Below, piece after piece: positions 43,959 to 52,078 of a stretch of DNA of 64,000 nt. The DNA lies in the NCBI GenBank assembly GCA_017305595.1, contig JAFKKL010000010.1, positions 185 to 64,184 of the forward strand, in the 5' to 3' direction. This DNA comes from Hyphomicrobiales bacterium. Its GTDB lineage: Bacteria; Pseudomonadota; Alphaproteobacteria; Rhizobiales; Xanthobacteraceae. A program made the position numbers and the translations under genes. Position 1 is the stretch's first letter. Every line of letters begins with the position of its first letter. The notes under the pieces are model-generated. The model ran no database searches. It saw nothing but the letters and a program-made list of their open reading frames with translations, and had not been told where the DNA came from.

Positions 43959-45838
43959 CTAGAACTCGCCGTGCAGGCGTCCTGAGAAGATCGAAACTGG
44001 ACCTCGGTCGGCGTTGTAAGCCGGATTGACGATCAGCTGATAGTCGGCCGTAAAGGTCAGTTGTTTGTTGAGCGCGAAGGCGTAGTAGGTTTCGAGAATC
44101 CGTTCGTTGCGGTAGTTCAGCCGGCCGTCGCCGATCAGCACGCCGAGCCCGCCGGCGGCAATGAAATCGCGATGGTCTTTCGACAACGCGTTGACCGCGC
44201 CGCCGATACCCACGACGTCGTCGGGGCGACCCCAGCGCGTGCCCTTGATCGATGCGCCGAGCGACAGGCTGGCGTCGATATCGGTGAACGCCATGATTTC
44301 CGTCTTGCCATCGTTCCAGCTCCAGCGCCCGAACAGGCCGATGTCATCCGTCAAGGCTTGTTCGAGATTGAGAACGTAGCCGTATTTGATGCGGCCACGA
44401 CGGGTCTGGGTGATATCGAGATTGAAAGCCGGAGTGGCGAGCGTTTCGCGATAGCTGCCGGAATAGGCGCTATTGAGCCAGCCGATGGTGCGCAGCTTGC
44501 CGGGTTGACCGAATAACGAATAGCGCGTCTCCAGTTCGACGACGTATTCGCCGCGCCGGAACAGGCGCATGTCGAAGTTGTTGGAATTGGACTCGGCGTC
44601 CATCAAGAAATAGCCGGCGCGCAGCGCATGAAATCGCGGCGAGGGTCTTTCGCATAGGCATTGCCGTCGAACACGTCGGTGACGGCGAATTTACCAGCCT
44701 GAACGGTCAGACGCGACACATCTACTTTGCCGGCGAGTTGCGTCGGACCGCTCGCGAGTTCTTCCTGCTCGCCGCCAAAGCCGAACGTCTGCCGCACGAA
44801 CAGCCGTGAGGTGTTGTAGTGCGGATAAGGGAAATCGGATTTTTGCGCCTCGCCACTGGGAAACCCGCCAGCGCCGACGGTGTCGCTGAGGCCGAAGCCC
44901 TGCGCCAGTTCGGGGTTGTAGTAGATCTCGCCGCCGTCCCACAGCCGCGCGTTGAGAAACAGGCTGTTGCTCCAGGTCGCCTTCATCTGGGCGTTCGGCG
45001 TTAGGCTGTTCGGGCCGGAGTAGGGCGCGCGAAAGGTCGGATACCCTTGCGCGAGATAAGTGGTCTGGCCGTGAATTTCCCAGCGGTCGGATTCCGGTTC
45101 GATCCACTTTGCTGGCGATGTCAAGCTGGAGGCGACATCGCCGATCTTGCGGTTGAGCCCGATGCGCAACGACTGGAAGTCATGAGTCGACGCGTAACGC
45201 GTGCCGGACGCGAACGTGACGTTGGTGCTGCCGAGATCGCTGTAGAGATACTCGAGCCGCGCCGACCAATGGGGCGCGAAGGCATATTCGATACCCGCGC
45301 CCGCGACCCAGCCGAACCGTTGCCGAAGCTGTTTTTCCTCGTCGCCGGATGGTGGCGTGTTGACGAAGCGCGTGCTGCTCCAGGCGAGGCCGCCGGTCGC
45401 GTAAGTCAGCCACGGTCCATTGACGATGCCGAGGCGCCCGCGCGCCGTGCCGACCATGTCGAATTTCTCGGTGACATCCGAACGGGCAGACCCCAGCGCG
45501 GAAATGACGGAGTTCGAATCAATGTAGTTGGGAAATGAAACATCGGCCTCGATCCCGAACAGGATACCGGACGGCGACACCCAATTGGCGCCCGCTTGGA
45601 GGCCGCTGATCATGCCGCCGAAAGTGTTGCTCGCGCCGATCGCGTTCGGATCGGCAAGGGTGGTCGAAGAATGGCCCCGGCCGAAGCCGGCATGGGCGCC
45701 GATATAAAGCCCATTCCAATCGACTGAAAGTGCGGCCGGGTCCGCCTTAAGCGGGCGCATTGGCGGCAGGTCGGCCGCCGTCGCCGCGCTCCCCAGTGCA
45801 GATAGGCCCGATGCAAGGATGATCCATACCGATTTCAT
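43959..45838 (-). pseudogene. OprB-family carbohydrate porin with an extra N-terminal Omp25/OMP_b-brl-like barrel module; reading frame broken near 44604-44640
   Basis: ORF 44603..45838 has a signal peptide, an ~235-aa small-barrel module (ends LRIGLNRKIG) and the OprB N-half up to DPRRDFM. ORF 43959..44606 has the OprB C-half, ending ..GRLHGEF. A second frame reads ALRAGYFLMDAESNSNNFD directly after DFM, so the two halves abut in different frames. About 35 aa that I expect from my recollection of the OprB family appear to be missing. Confidence 0.6.
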
Positions 45839-45915
45839 GACGTTGATGCTGCCCCGTCGTGCGTCATGCTTCTCAGCGAGATGTCGTTCAGCCTGTCTCC
45901 GCCCCGTTCTCCCTT

Positions 45916-45927
45916 CCGATTAATCGG
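45916..45927. promoter_or_regulatory. Perfect 12-nt palindrome CCGATTAATCGG in the porin 5' leader, embedded in CCCTTCCGATTAATCGG
   Basis: Read directly. The flanking CCCTTCCGATT..AATCGG is shared with the OhrR-box-like site at 13741-13758. Confidence 0.35.
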
Positions 45928-46019
45928 CGCTCGAACAAGTCGTTGGTCCGGCTGGCTTTCCTCGCCTCTAGTCCCGTCCGGCGCGATGCTGTGACGGAAT
46001 CGACCAGTCCTGTCATTAG

Positions 46020-46048
46020 TTATTATTGCAACTAATTCGCAATAGCAA
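46020..46048 (-). promoter_or_regulatory. Candidate sigma-70 promoter for the porin gene (TTGCTA-N17-TAATAA on the minus strand)
   Basis: -35 at 46048-46043 and -10 at 46025-46020 in an AT-rich island. It overlaps the inverted repeat TATTGC-N9-GCAATA (46024-46044). This implies a 5' UTR of about 175 nt. Confidence 0.3.
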
Positions 46049-46191
46049 CTAAGAAAGTTCAGCGAGGGTGTCTTTGCCAGCGGGATGTGACAGCCATGCA
46101 ACGGGCTGGCGTGATCGACCGATAGCGGCAGGAAGACTCGCCGGCTCGGTCAGTTAATAAGGCCATGTACGAGAGAGATATGGAGGTTCAG

Positions 46192-47019
46192 TCAGAAGCT
46201 GTCCGTCAGCGTAGCGGGATCGAACCGGTCGACGTCGGCCAATAGTTCGCAGAAGGCGCGGGCACCGTGGTCGAGCAGTTGTCGACCTCTGTCGGCGCTG
46301 GCGGCGGAGGCGTCGCCGATGGCGCCGCTGGGATGCAGGTCCTGCGCCTGCCACGCAAACGGCGCAGGCCGCTGTACGCTGAGCCAGCGGTAGTCACGCT
46401 CCATCGCAATTGAGCGCGGCTCGAAATTCTTGATCTGGTCGGCGCGAACTTGCGCGGGATAGGCCGCCAGCATGATTGAGGTTTCGATCGCGCCGCCGTG
46501 GATGCCGTGGCGGATTTCGCCGTCGGCGAACAATCCGTCCGGGGCGCCGAAGCGGCTCCACGCGGTGGTCACGGCGAGAAATCCGAGCCGGGCGCGTAGG
46601 TCTTGCGCCACCAGGCTCATCGCGGCGCTGTTGCCGCCGTGGCTCGACACCATCACCAGCTTGCGCACACCGGCGCGCGCGAGGCTTTCGCCCAATGCTG
46701 TCCAGTTGCGGATGGCGACATCGGGAGGCAAGGTCAGCGTGCCGGGAAAAGCGAGGTGTTCGGTCGAGATGCCGACGGCTTGCACTGGCAGGAAGGTCGC
46801 CGGGAGGTTCGCCGGCAGCAGGTCGCGCACCCGCGCCAGATAGGCGTCCGCAATCATCACGTCGGTGCCGAGCGGCAGATGCGGCCCATGCTGCTCGATG
46901 GCCGCGAGCGGCAGCACCGCGATCCATCGCGCGGCATCCTCGCGCGTCACATCGGACCAGTAGATGTCACGCCAGTCGCGGGGCGGGCAGGAAGCGGTCA
47001 TAGGGTCGTGGGCTCGCAC
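46192..47019 (-). CDS. Creatininase-family amidohydrolase
   Basis: LPLAAIEQHGPHLPLGTD, SSHGGN, HGGAIETS are creatininase/ArfB-family metal-site motifs. Alternative start ATG 47001. Confidence 0.85.
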   Translation of the reverse strand: MRAHDPMTASCPPRDWRDIYWSDVTREDAARWIAVLPLAAIEQHGPHLPLGTDVMIADAYLARVRDLLPANLPATFLPVQAVGISTEHLAFPGTLTLPPDVAIRNWTALGESLARAGVRKLVMVSSHGGNSAAMSLVAQDLRARLGFLAVTTAWSRFGAPDGLFADGEIRHGIHGGAIETSIMLAAYPAQVRADQIKNFEPRSIAMERDYRWLSVQRPAPFAWQAQDLHPSGAIGDASAASADRGRQLLDHGARAFCELLADVDRFDPATLTDSF

Positions 47020-47135
47020 AAGTTCGCGGAAAAATTCGGCATCATTCCTGACGCGCGGCGGCGAAGCGGCTACAACGTCCGCGTCGCCTGTTGCATCATG
47101 CCATCATGGGCCAGAATAATCGACGGAGATCAATC

Positions 47136-48158
47136 ATGAAGCTGGCCCCTCTCGCGTCATCGTTAAGCGCCTGCCTCGTGGGTGCCGTCCTTGCGCTGGC
47201 GACACCGGCCGTCGCCGAGACGCTGGACAAGGTCTCGTTCGGCACCAACTGGGTGGCGGAAGCCGAGCATGGTGGTTTCTTCCAGGCGCTGGCCGATGGC
47301 ACCTATCGTCGCTACGGACTCGACGTGACCATCGTGCCGGGCGGCCCAAACGTCAACAATCGCATCCTGCTAATCGCCGGCAAGCTCGACTTCTTCATGA
47401 CCGCGAACACGTTGCAATCGTTCGACGCGGTCGCCAACAAGGTGCCGGTGGTCGCGGTGGCGGCGATGTTCCAGAAAGATCCGCAGGTATTTCTGGCCCA
47501 TCCGGAATCCAAGGTCGCCAAGCTCGAGGACTTGAAGCCGTTAACGCTGTTTGTATCGAAGGAAGGCATCGGCAGCTACTTCCAATGGCTGAAATCCGAT
47601 TACGGCTTCAGCGAGGATAAGGTGAAGCCGTACACCTTCAACGCGCAGCCGTTCCTGGCCGATCCGAAAAGCGCGATGCAGGGCTATGTCTCGTCAGAGC
47701 CTTATGCGGTGGAGAAGCGCGCCGGCTTCAAGCCGACGGTGCTGCTGCTCGCTGACTATGGTTTTGACGCTTATTCGACACTGATCGAAACCCGCCTCAA
47801 TCTCGTCGATAGCAAGCCCGACCTTGTCCAGCGCTTCGTTGATGCCTCGATTGTCGGTTGGTACAACTATCTCTACGGCGACAATAAGCCGGGCAATGAC
47901 ATGATCAAGAAGCTGAACCCGGACATGACCGACGAACTGCTCGCTTATTCGGTCAAGGCGATGAGGGATCACGGCATCGTCGATTCCGGTAATGCCGTGA
48001 AGGATGGCATCGGCGCGATGTCGGATGCACGAATGGCGAGTTTCTTCGACAAGATGGTGCGGGCCGGTGTGGTCCGCCGCGACATCGATTATCGGGAGGC
48101 CTACACGCTGCGCTTCATCAACAAGGGCGTCGGCCTCGATCTTCGGCCGAAGCCGTGA
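47136..48158 (+). CDS. ABC transporter substrate-binding protein, NMT1/THI5 (nitrate/sulfonate/taurine/pyrimidine) type
   Basis: ORF trimmed to ATG 47136. Signal peptide ...ATPAVAE, then KVSFGTNWVAEAEHGGFFQA, typical of NMT1-like SBPs. Confidence 0.85.
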   Translation: MKLAPLASSLSACLVGAVLALATPAVAETLDKVSFGTNWVAEAEHGGFFQALADGTYRRYGLDVTIVPGGPNVNNRILLIAGKLDFFMTANTLQSFDAVANKVPVVAVAAMFQKDPQVFLAHPESKVAKLEDLKPLTLFVSKEGIGSYFQWLKSDYGFSEDKVKPYTFNAQPFLADPKSAMQGYVSSEPYAVEKRAGFKPTVLLLADYGFDAYSTLIETRLNLVDSKPDLVQRFVDASIVGWYNYLYGDNKPGNDMIKKLNPDMTDELLAYSVKAMRDHGIVDSGNAVKDGIGAMSDARMASFFDKMVRAGVVRRDIDYREAYTLRFINKGVGLDLRPKP

Positions 48159-48165
48159 TGATGTG

Positions 48166-48972
48166 ATGGTCGCAACCTCTCAAGCTTCGTCCGGGATTGT
48201 AGGCGGTAGCGCCGTTCGATTGCGCGGCGTCACCAAGGCTTACGACAATCGCGGTGTTGCGCTGGGGCCGATCGATCTCGATGTCCGACGCGGTGAATTC
48301 ATCTCCTTGCTAGGACCCTCCGGCTGCGGCAAGTCGACGGCGCTGCGCATCGTCGCCGGTCTGATCGCGCCGACCTCGGGCGAGGTGAATGTCGCGGGGT
48401 GCGCGGCTTCCGCGCAAACTGGCCGTTCGATTGGCTTCGTGTTTCAGGAGCCGACGTTGATGCCGTGGGCGAGCGTGCACGACAATGTGCGGCTGCCGCT
48501 CACGCTTGTCGGGATGCCGCGCTCCGATGCGGATCGCCGTGTCGATGATGCGCTGGCGCGCGTTGGGTTGTCGGACTTCGGCGCGGCCTTTCCGCGTGAA
48601 CTCTCCGGCGGCATGAAGATGCGGGTGTCGCTCGCCCGCGCGCTGGTCACCGAGCCGGGCGTACTGCTTTTGGACGAGCCGTTCGCCGCGCTCGACGAGA
48701 TTACCCGCTTCCGCCTGAACAACGATCTACTCGCGCTCTGGCACAGCCTCGGCAAAACGATAGTGTTCGTGACGCACTCGGTGTTCGAGTCGGTTTACCT
48801 GTCGCAGCGCATCGTGGTGATGACGGCGCGCCCCGGCCGCATCCACGCGGAAATCAAGATTGATGCGGCTGAGCGCGATGAAAATTTCCGTACGTCCGCC
48901 GAATACGTCGCCTATTGCAGGCAGGCATCGCAGGCACTGGCTCAAGCCAGCGGCGTGGAGGCCGCGCGATGA
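48166..48972 (+). CDS. ABC transporter ATP-binding protein (NitT/TauT family type)
   Basis: ORF trimmed to ATG 48166. GPSGCGKST, LSGGMKMRVSLARAL, LLLDEPFAALD. Confidence 0.9.
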   Translation: MVATSQASSGIVGGSAVRLRGVTKAYDNRGVALGPIDLDVRRGEFISLLGPSGCGKSTALRIVAGLIAPTSGEVNVAGCAASAQTGRSIGFVFQEPTLMPWASVHDNVRLPLTLVGMPRSDADRRVDDALARVGLSDFGAAFPRELSGGMKMRVSLARALVTEPGVLLLDEPFAALDEITRFRLNNDLLALWHSLGKTIVFVTHSVFESVYLSQRIVVMTARPGRIHAEIKIDAAERDENFRTSAEYVAYCRQASQALAQASGVEAAR

Positions 48973-49793
48973 GCGAGGTGACGACAAGCTCGGTGGGGGC
49001 TTTGAAGTTGTCGCGCGGCGCGATAGCGCGAATGGCGCTGCCGCTCGTGGTGCTGGCGCTGAGTATTTTCGCCTGGCATCTCATCGTCAGCATCAATGAC
49101 ATTCCGCCCTATGTGCTGCCGGGTCCAGCGTTGGTCGCTGAAACTTTGATTCAAGATTGGTCGATCCTGTGGGCGTCATTGCTGACGACCTTGCTCACCA
49201 CCTCTGAAGGCTTCGTCGCGGCGGCTGTTGGTGGCATCGCGCTGGCATTGTTGTTCAGCCAGTCGAAATGGCTTGAACAGGCGCTGTTGCCCTATGCTGT
49301 GATCCTCCAGGTGACGCCGGTGATCGCCATCGCGCCGCTGTTGTTGATCTACCTGCCGCAGCAGACGGCGGTGGTCGCGTGCGCCTGGATCGTCGCCTTC
49401 TTCCCGGTGCTGTCGAATACCACGCTGGGACTAAACTCGGTTGATCGCAATCTCGCCGGCCTGTTCAAGCTCTATCGCGCGTCGCGCTGGCAGACGCTGC
49501 GTTATCTGAAGCTGCCGGCGGCCTTGCCCTACACGCTCGGCGGCCTGCGCATCGCCGGTGGCTTGTCGCTGATCGGCGCGGTGGTGGCCGAGATCGCGGC
49601 GGGCTCCGCCGGCAGCGGCTCCGGCCTCGCTTACAGGATTGCGGAATCCGGATACCGGCTCAACATTCCGCGCATGTTCGCCGCATTGTTGTTGCTCTCG
49701 GTGGCCGGGGTCGTCATTTATATGGCGTTGGCGCTGCTATCGCATCTGTTGCTGCGGCGCTGGCATGAGAGTGCGCTGCGAAAGGAAAGCTGA
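48969..49793 (+). CDS. ABC transporter permease (BPD_transp_1 type)
   Basis: ORF trimmed to ATG 48969 (ATGA overlap with the ATPase stop). It has six hydrophobic segments and an EAA-like loop region (SVDRNLAGLFKLYRASRWQTLRYLKLPAALP). Confidence 0.9.
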   Translation: MSEVTTSSVGALKLSRGAIARMALPLVVLALSIFAWHLIVSINDIPPYVLPGPALVAETLIQDWSILWASLLTTLLTTSEGFVAAAVGGIALALLFSQSKWLEQALLPYAVILQVTPVIAIAPLLLIYLPQQTAVVACAWIVAFFPVLSNTTLGLNSVDRNLAGLFKLYRASRWQTLRYLKLPAALPYTLGGLRIAGGLSLIGAVVAEIAAGSAGSGSGLAYRIAESGYRLNIPRMFAALLLLSVAGVVIYMALALLSHLLLRRWHESALRKES

Positions 49794-50773
49794 TGACGAC
49801 CGCTGCTTCGGAAAAAATCGACCTGCTGATCTATGGCCCGACCAAGCCGGTCGTCGACAACGGCTTTTCCGAGCGGTTCGAACGGCACAAGTGCGAAACG
49901 CTGGAGGACGTCGAGCGGCTCGCGCCGGACGTCGTGCAGCGCATCCGCGGCATCGCCATCACCCACATGCGGCCGGCCGGCGCGGCGGTCTTGTCGCGCT
50001 TTCCCAAGCTGGAGATCGTGTCGAGTTTCGGCGTCGGCTACGACCACGTCGATTCCGCCTATGCCCGCGAGCACGGCATCATGGTCACCAATACGCCGGA
50101 TGTACTGACCGAGGAGGTCGCCGATACCGCGATGGGACTGCTCATTGCCACGCTGCGCGAATTCGTTAAGGCGGACCGCTACGTTCGCTCGGGACTTTGG
50201 GCCACGCAGGATTATCCGTTGACGGTCGGCTCGCTGCGGGACCGCAAGGTCGGCATGGTCGGTATGGGGCGCATCGGGCAGGCGATCGCGCGGCGGCTGG
50301 ATGCCGCCAAGGTGCCGGTCGTGTACCACTCGCGCAATCCGGCCGCGGGTGTCTCGCATCAGCATTATCCGAACCTGCTGGAGATGGCGAAGGCGGTGGA
50401 TACGCTGGTCGTCATCACGCCGGGCGGTGCGGCCACGGCAAATCTCATCAATGCGGAAGTGATGAAAACGCTGGGGCCGCGCGGCGTCATCATCAACCTC
50501 GCGCGGGGCAGCGTGATCGACGAACCGGCGCTGATCGCGGCGTTGAAGTCCGGCACCATTCTGGCCGCGGGCCTCGACGTGTTCGCCAAGGAGCCGCAGG
50601 TGCCGGACGAGTTGAAGGCGTTGCAGAACGTTGTGCTGCTGCCGCACATCGGATCGGCCTCGCTGGTGACGCGCAACGCCATGGATCAACTCGTCGTCGA
50701 CAATCTGAAGGCGTGGTTCTCCGGCAAGCCGCCGCTGACGCCGATCGCCGAAACACCAGTGAAAGACAGGTAA
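49793..50773 (+). CDS. D-isomer-specific 2-hydroxyacid dehydrogenase (glyoxylate/hydroxypyruvate reductase-like)
   Basis: VGMVGMGRIGQAIARR NAD motif, NLARGSVIDE, and LLPHIGSAS catalytic His context. The start overlaps the permease stop. Confidence 0.9.
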   Translation: MTTAASEKIDLLIYGPTKPVVDNGFSERFERHKCETLEDVERLAPDVVQRIRGIAITHMRPAGAAVLSRFPKLEIVSSFGVGYDHVDSAYAREHGIMVTNTPDVLTEEVADTAMGLLIATLREFVKADRYVRSGLWATQDYPLTVGSLRDRKVGMVGMGRIGQAIARRLDAAKVPVVYHSRNPAAGVSHQHYPNLLEMAKAVDTLVVITPGGAATANLINAEVMKTLGPRGVIINLARGSVIDEPALIAALKSGTILAAGLDVFAKEPQVPDELKALQNVVLLPHIGSASLVTRNAMDQLVVDNLKAWFSGKPPLTPIAETPVKDR

Positions 50774-50774
50774 C

Positions 50775-51476
50775 ATGCGGGTCGCGGCGATCCGAACCGG
50801 GATGCTTGCACTGCTGGTGGTGTTGCTTGCCGTCAGCGCGCCGGTGGTCGCGCAGAACGCCGCGAATCTGAAGAAGGACATGATCGGTCAGTGGGAGCTG
50901 TCCACGGCCGAGCGTGGCAAGACCTGTGTCGTGGCCTTGAAGCCCGATACGATGCCTCAAGGCATGAAGCTGGAGCTTGAGCCCGGCTGCGCCAATGCGT
51001 TGCCTTTCACCAAGGATATCGTGGCGTGGGGCATCAAGGGGTTGGATATCGTCCGCATGCAGGATGCATCGGGGCAATCGGTGATCGATTTCACTGAGGT
51101 CGAAAGCGGGATTCTCGAAGGCCGCCGCAGCGGCGAGGGAATCTATCTGTTGCAGAATCTGGCTGCTGCGCGGGCGCTGACGCGGTCGATGGATCAGATG
51201 ATCGGCAACTGGGCGATGGTGCGCGGCTCGGGCGCGGTCATTTGCACGCTTACTCTCACCAACACGGAAGCCGGCGGCGATAACTTCGCCGTCTTCGTCA
51301 AGCCGCACTGCGATGCCTCTGTCGTCGCGTTAGCGCCGACGCTGTGGCGGCTGGAACGCGGCGAAATGCTATTGATGTCGGCGCGCGGCGAGACTTGGCA
51401 TTTCGAAGCCGATGACAACGCGCAATGGCGGCGTGTGCCCGATAGCGCCGATCCACTGTTCATGATGCGGCAATAG
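50775..51476 (+). CDS. Exported protein with two tandem Inh/Omp19-type (protease-inhibitor-like) beta-barrel domains
   Basis: A signal peptide is followed by two repeats of the pattern G.W.L/M....C.L.L....C....L....W...G..L.L (MIGQWELS..KTCVVALK..PGCANAL.. and MIGNWAMV..VICTLTLT..PHCDASV..). Confidence 0.65.
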   Translation: MRVAAIRTGMLALLVVLLAVSAPVVAQNAANLKKDMIGQWELSTAERGKTCVVALKPDTMPQGMKLELEPGCANALPFTKDIVAWGIKGLDIVRMQDASGQSVIDFTEVESGILEGRRSGEGIYLLQNLAAARALTRSMDQMIGNWAMVRGSGAVICTLTLTNTEAGGDNFAVFVKPHCDASVVALAPTLWRLERGEMLLMSARGETWHFEADDNAQWRRVPDSADPLFMMRQ

Positions 51477-51496
51477 CGCACCGCGCGCTGATTGCG

Positions 51497-52024
51497 TTAA
51501 GCCGCGTTCATCGGCGGCACCGGCAGCGCGGTTACCGATTTGATCTTCTCCATGGCGAAGCGCGAGGTGACGTTCTTGAGCGCCACTGCGCTGATCAGCT
51601 TTTTGTAGAATACGTCGTAGCTCTGCATGTCGGCGGTGACGACGCGCAGCATGTAATCGACGTCGCCGGCCATCCGGTAGAACTCGACGACTTCCGGCAT
51701 GGCGCTGACCGCCTCGGCGAATTTTCGCAGCCACTCGTCGGAATGATCGCCGCTTTCCACCGAGACGAAAACGGTAATGCCGAGGCCGATCTTGGTCTGG
51801 TCGACCAGCGCGACGCGGCGGGTGATGACGCCATCGGCTTCAAGGCGCTGGATGCGCTTCCAGCATGGCGTCGAGGACAGGCCGACGCGGTCGCCGATTT
51901 CGGCAACCGACAGCGAGGCGTCGTCCTGCAGCACGGTCAGGATCTTGCGGTCGATGGCATCGAGCCGGCGGCCGGTGTCAGGTGCGGGAGCGGCGAGGTC
52001 TGTCATGAGAGGATGTTTTTCCAT
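51497..52024 (-). CDS. Lrp/AsnC-family transcriptional regulator
   Basis: LDAIDRKILTVLQDDASLSVAEIGDRVGLSSTPCWKRIQRLE HTH plus a C-terminal RAM/AsnC_trans_reg domain. Confidence 0.9.
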   Translation of the reverse strand: MEKHPLMTDLAAPAPDTGRRLDAIDRKILTVLQDDASLSVAEIGDRVGLSSTPCWKRIQRLEADGVITRRVALVDQTKIGLGITVFVSVESGDHSDEWLRKFAEAVSAMPEVVEFYRMAGDVDYMLRVVTADMQSYDVFYKKLISAVALKNVTSRFAMEKIKSVTALPVPPMNAA

Positions 52025-52078
52025 ATGGGGGCCGAATGATCCTCATATATAGGAAATTCTTCTATGGCAAGCCTCGGT

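Noticed and set aside
43959-45838. Treating ORFs 44603..45838 and 43959..44606 as two bona fide, translationally coupled porin genes
   Set aside because: Together they make up one OprB domain, with the N-half in one ORF and the C-half with the terminal Phe in the other. Neither half could form a barrel alone. The second ORF begins mid-domain at a TTG/ATG created by the frame junction. A disrupted single gene is more parsimonious.
45839-46100. Cobalamin or TPP riboswitch in the porin 5' leader
   Set aside because: I could not find a B12-box-like (AGCCAGGAGACCTGCC-type) or THI-box (CTGAGA...ACCTGATCTGGATAATGCCAGCG-type) core on the transcribed strand. Only short chance matches were seen.
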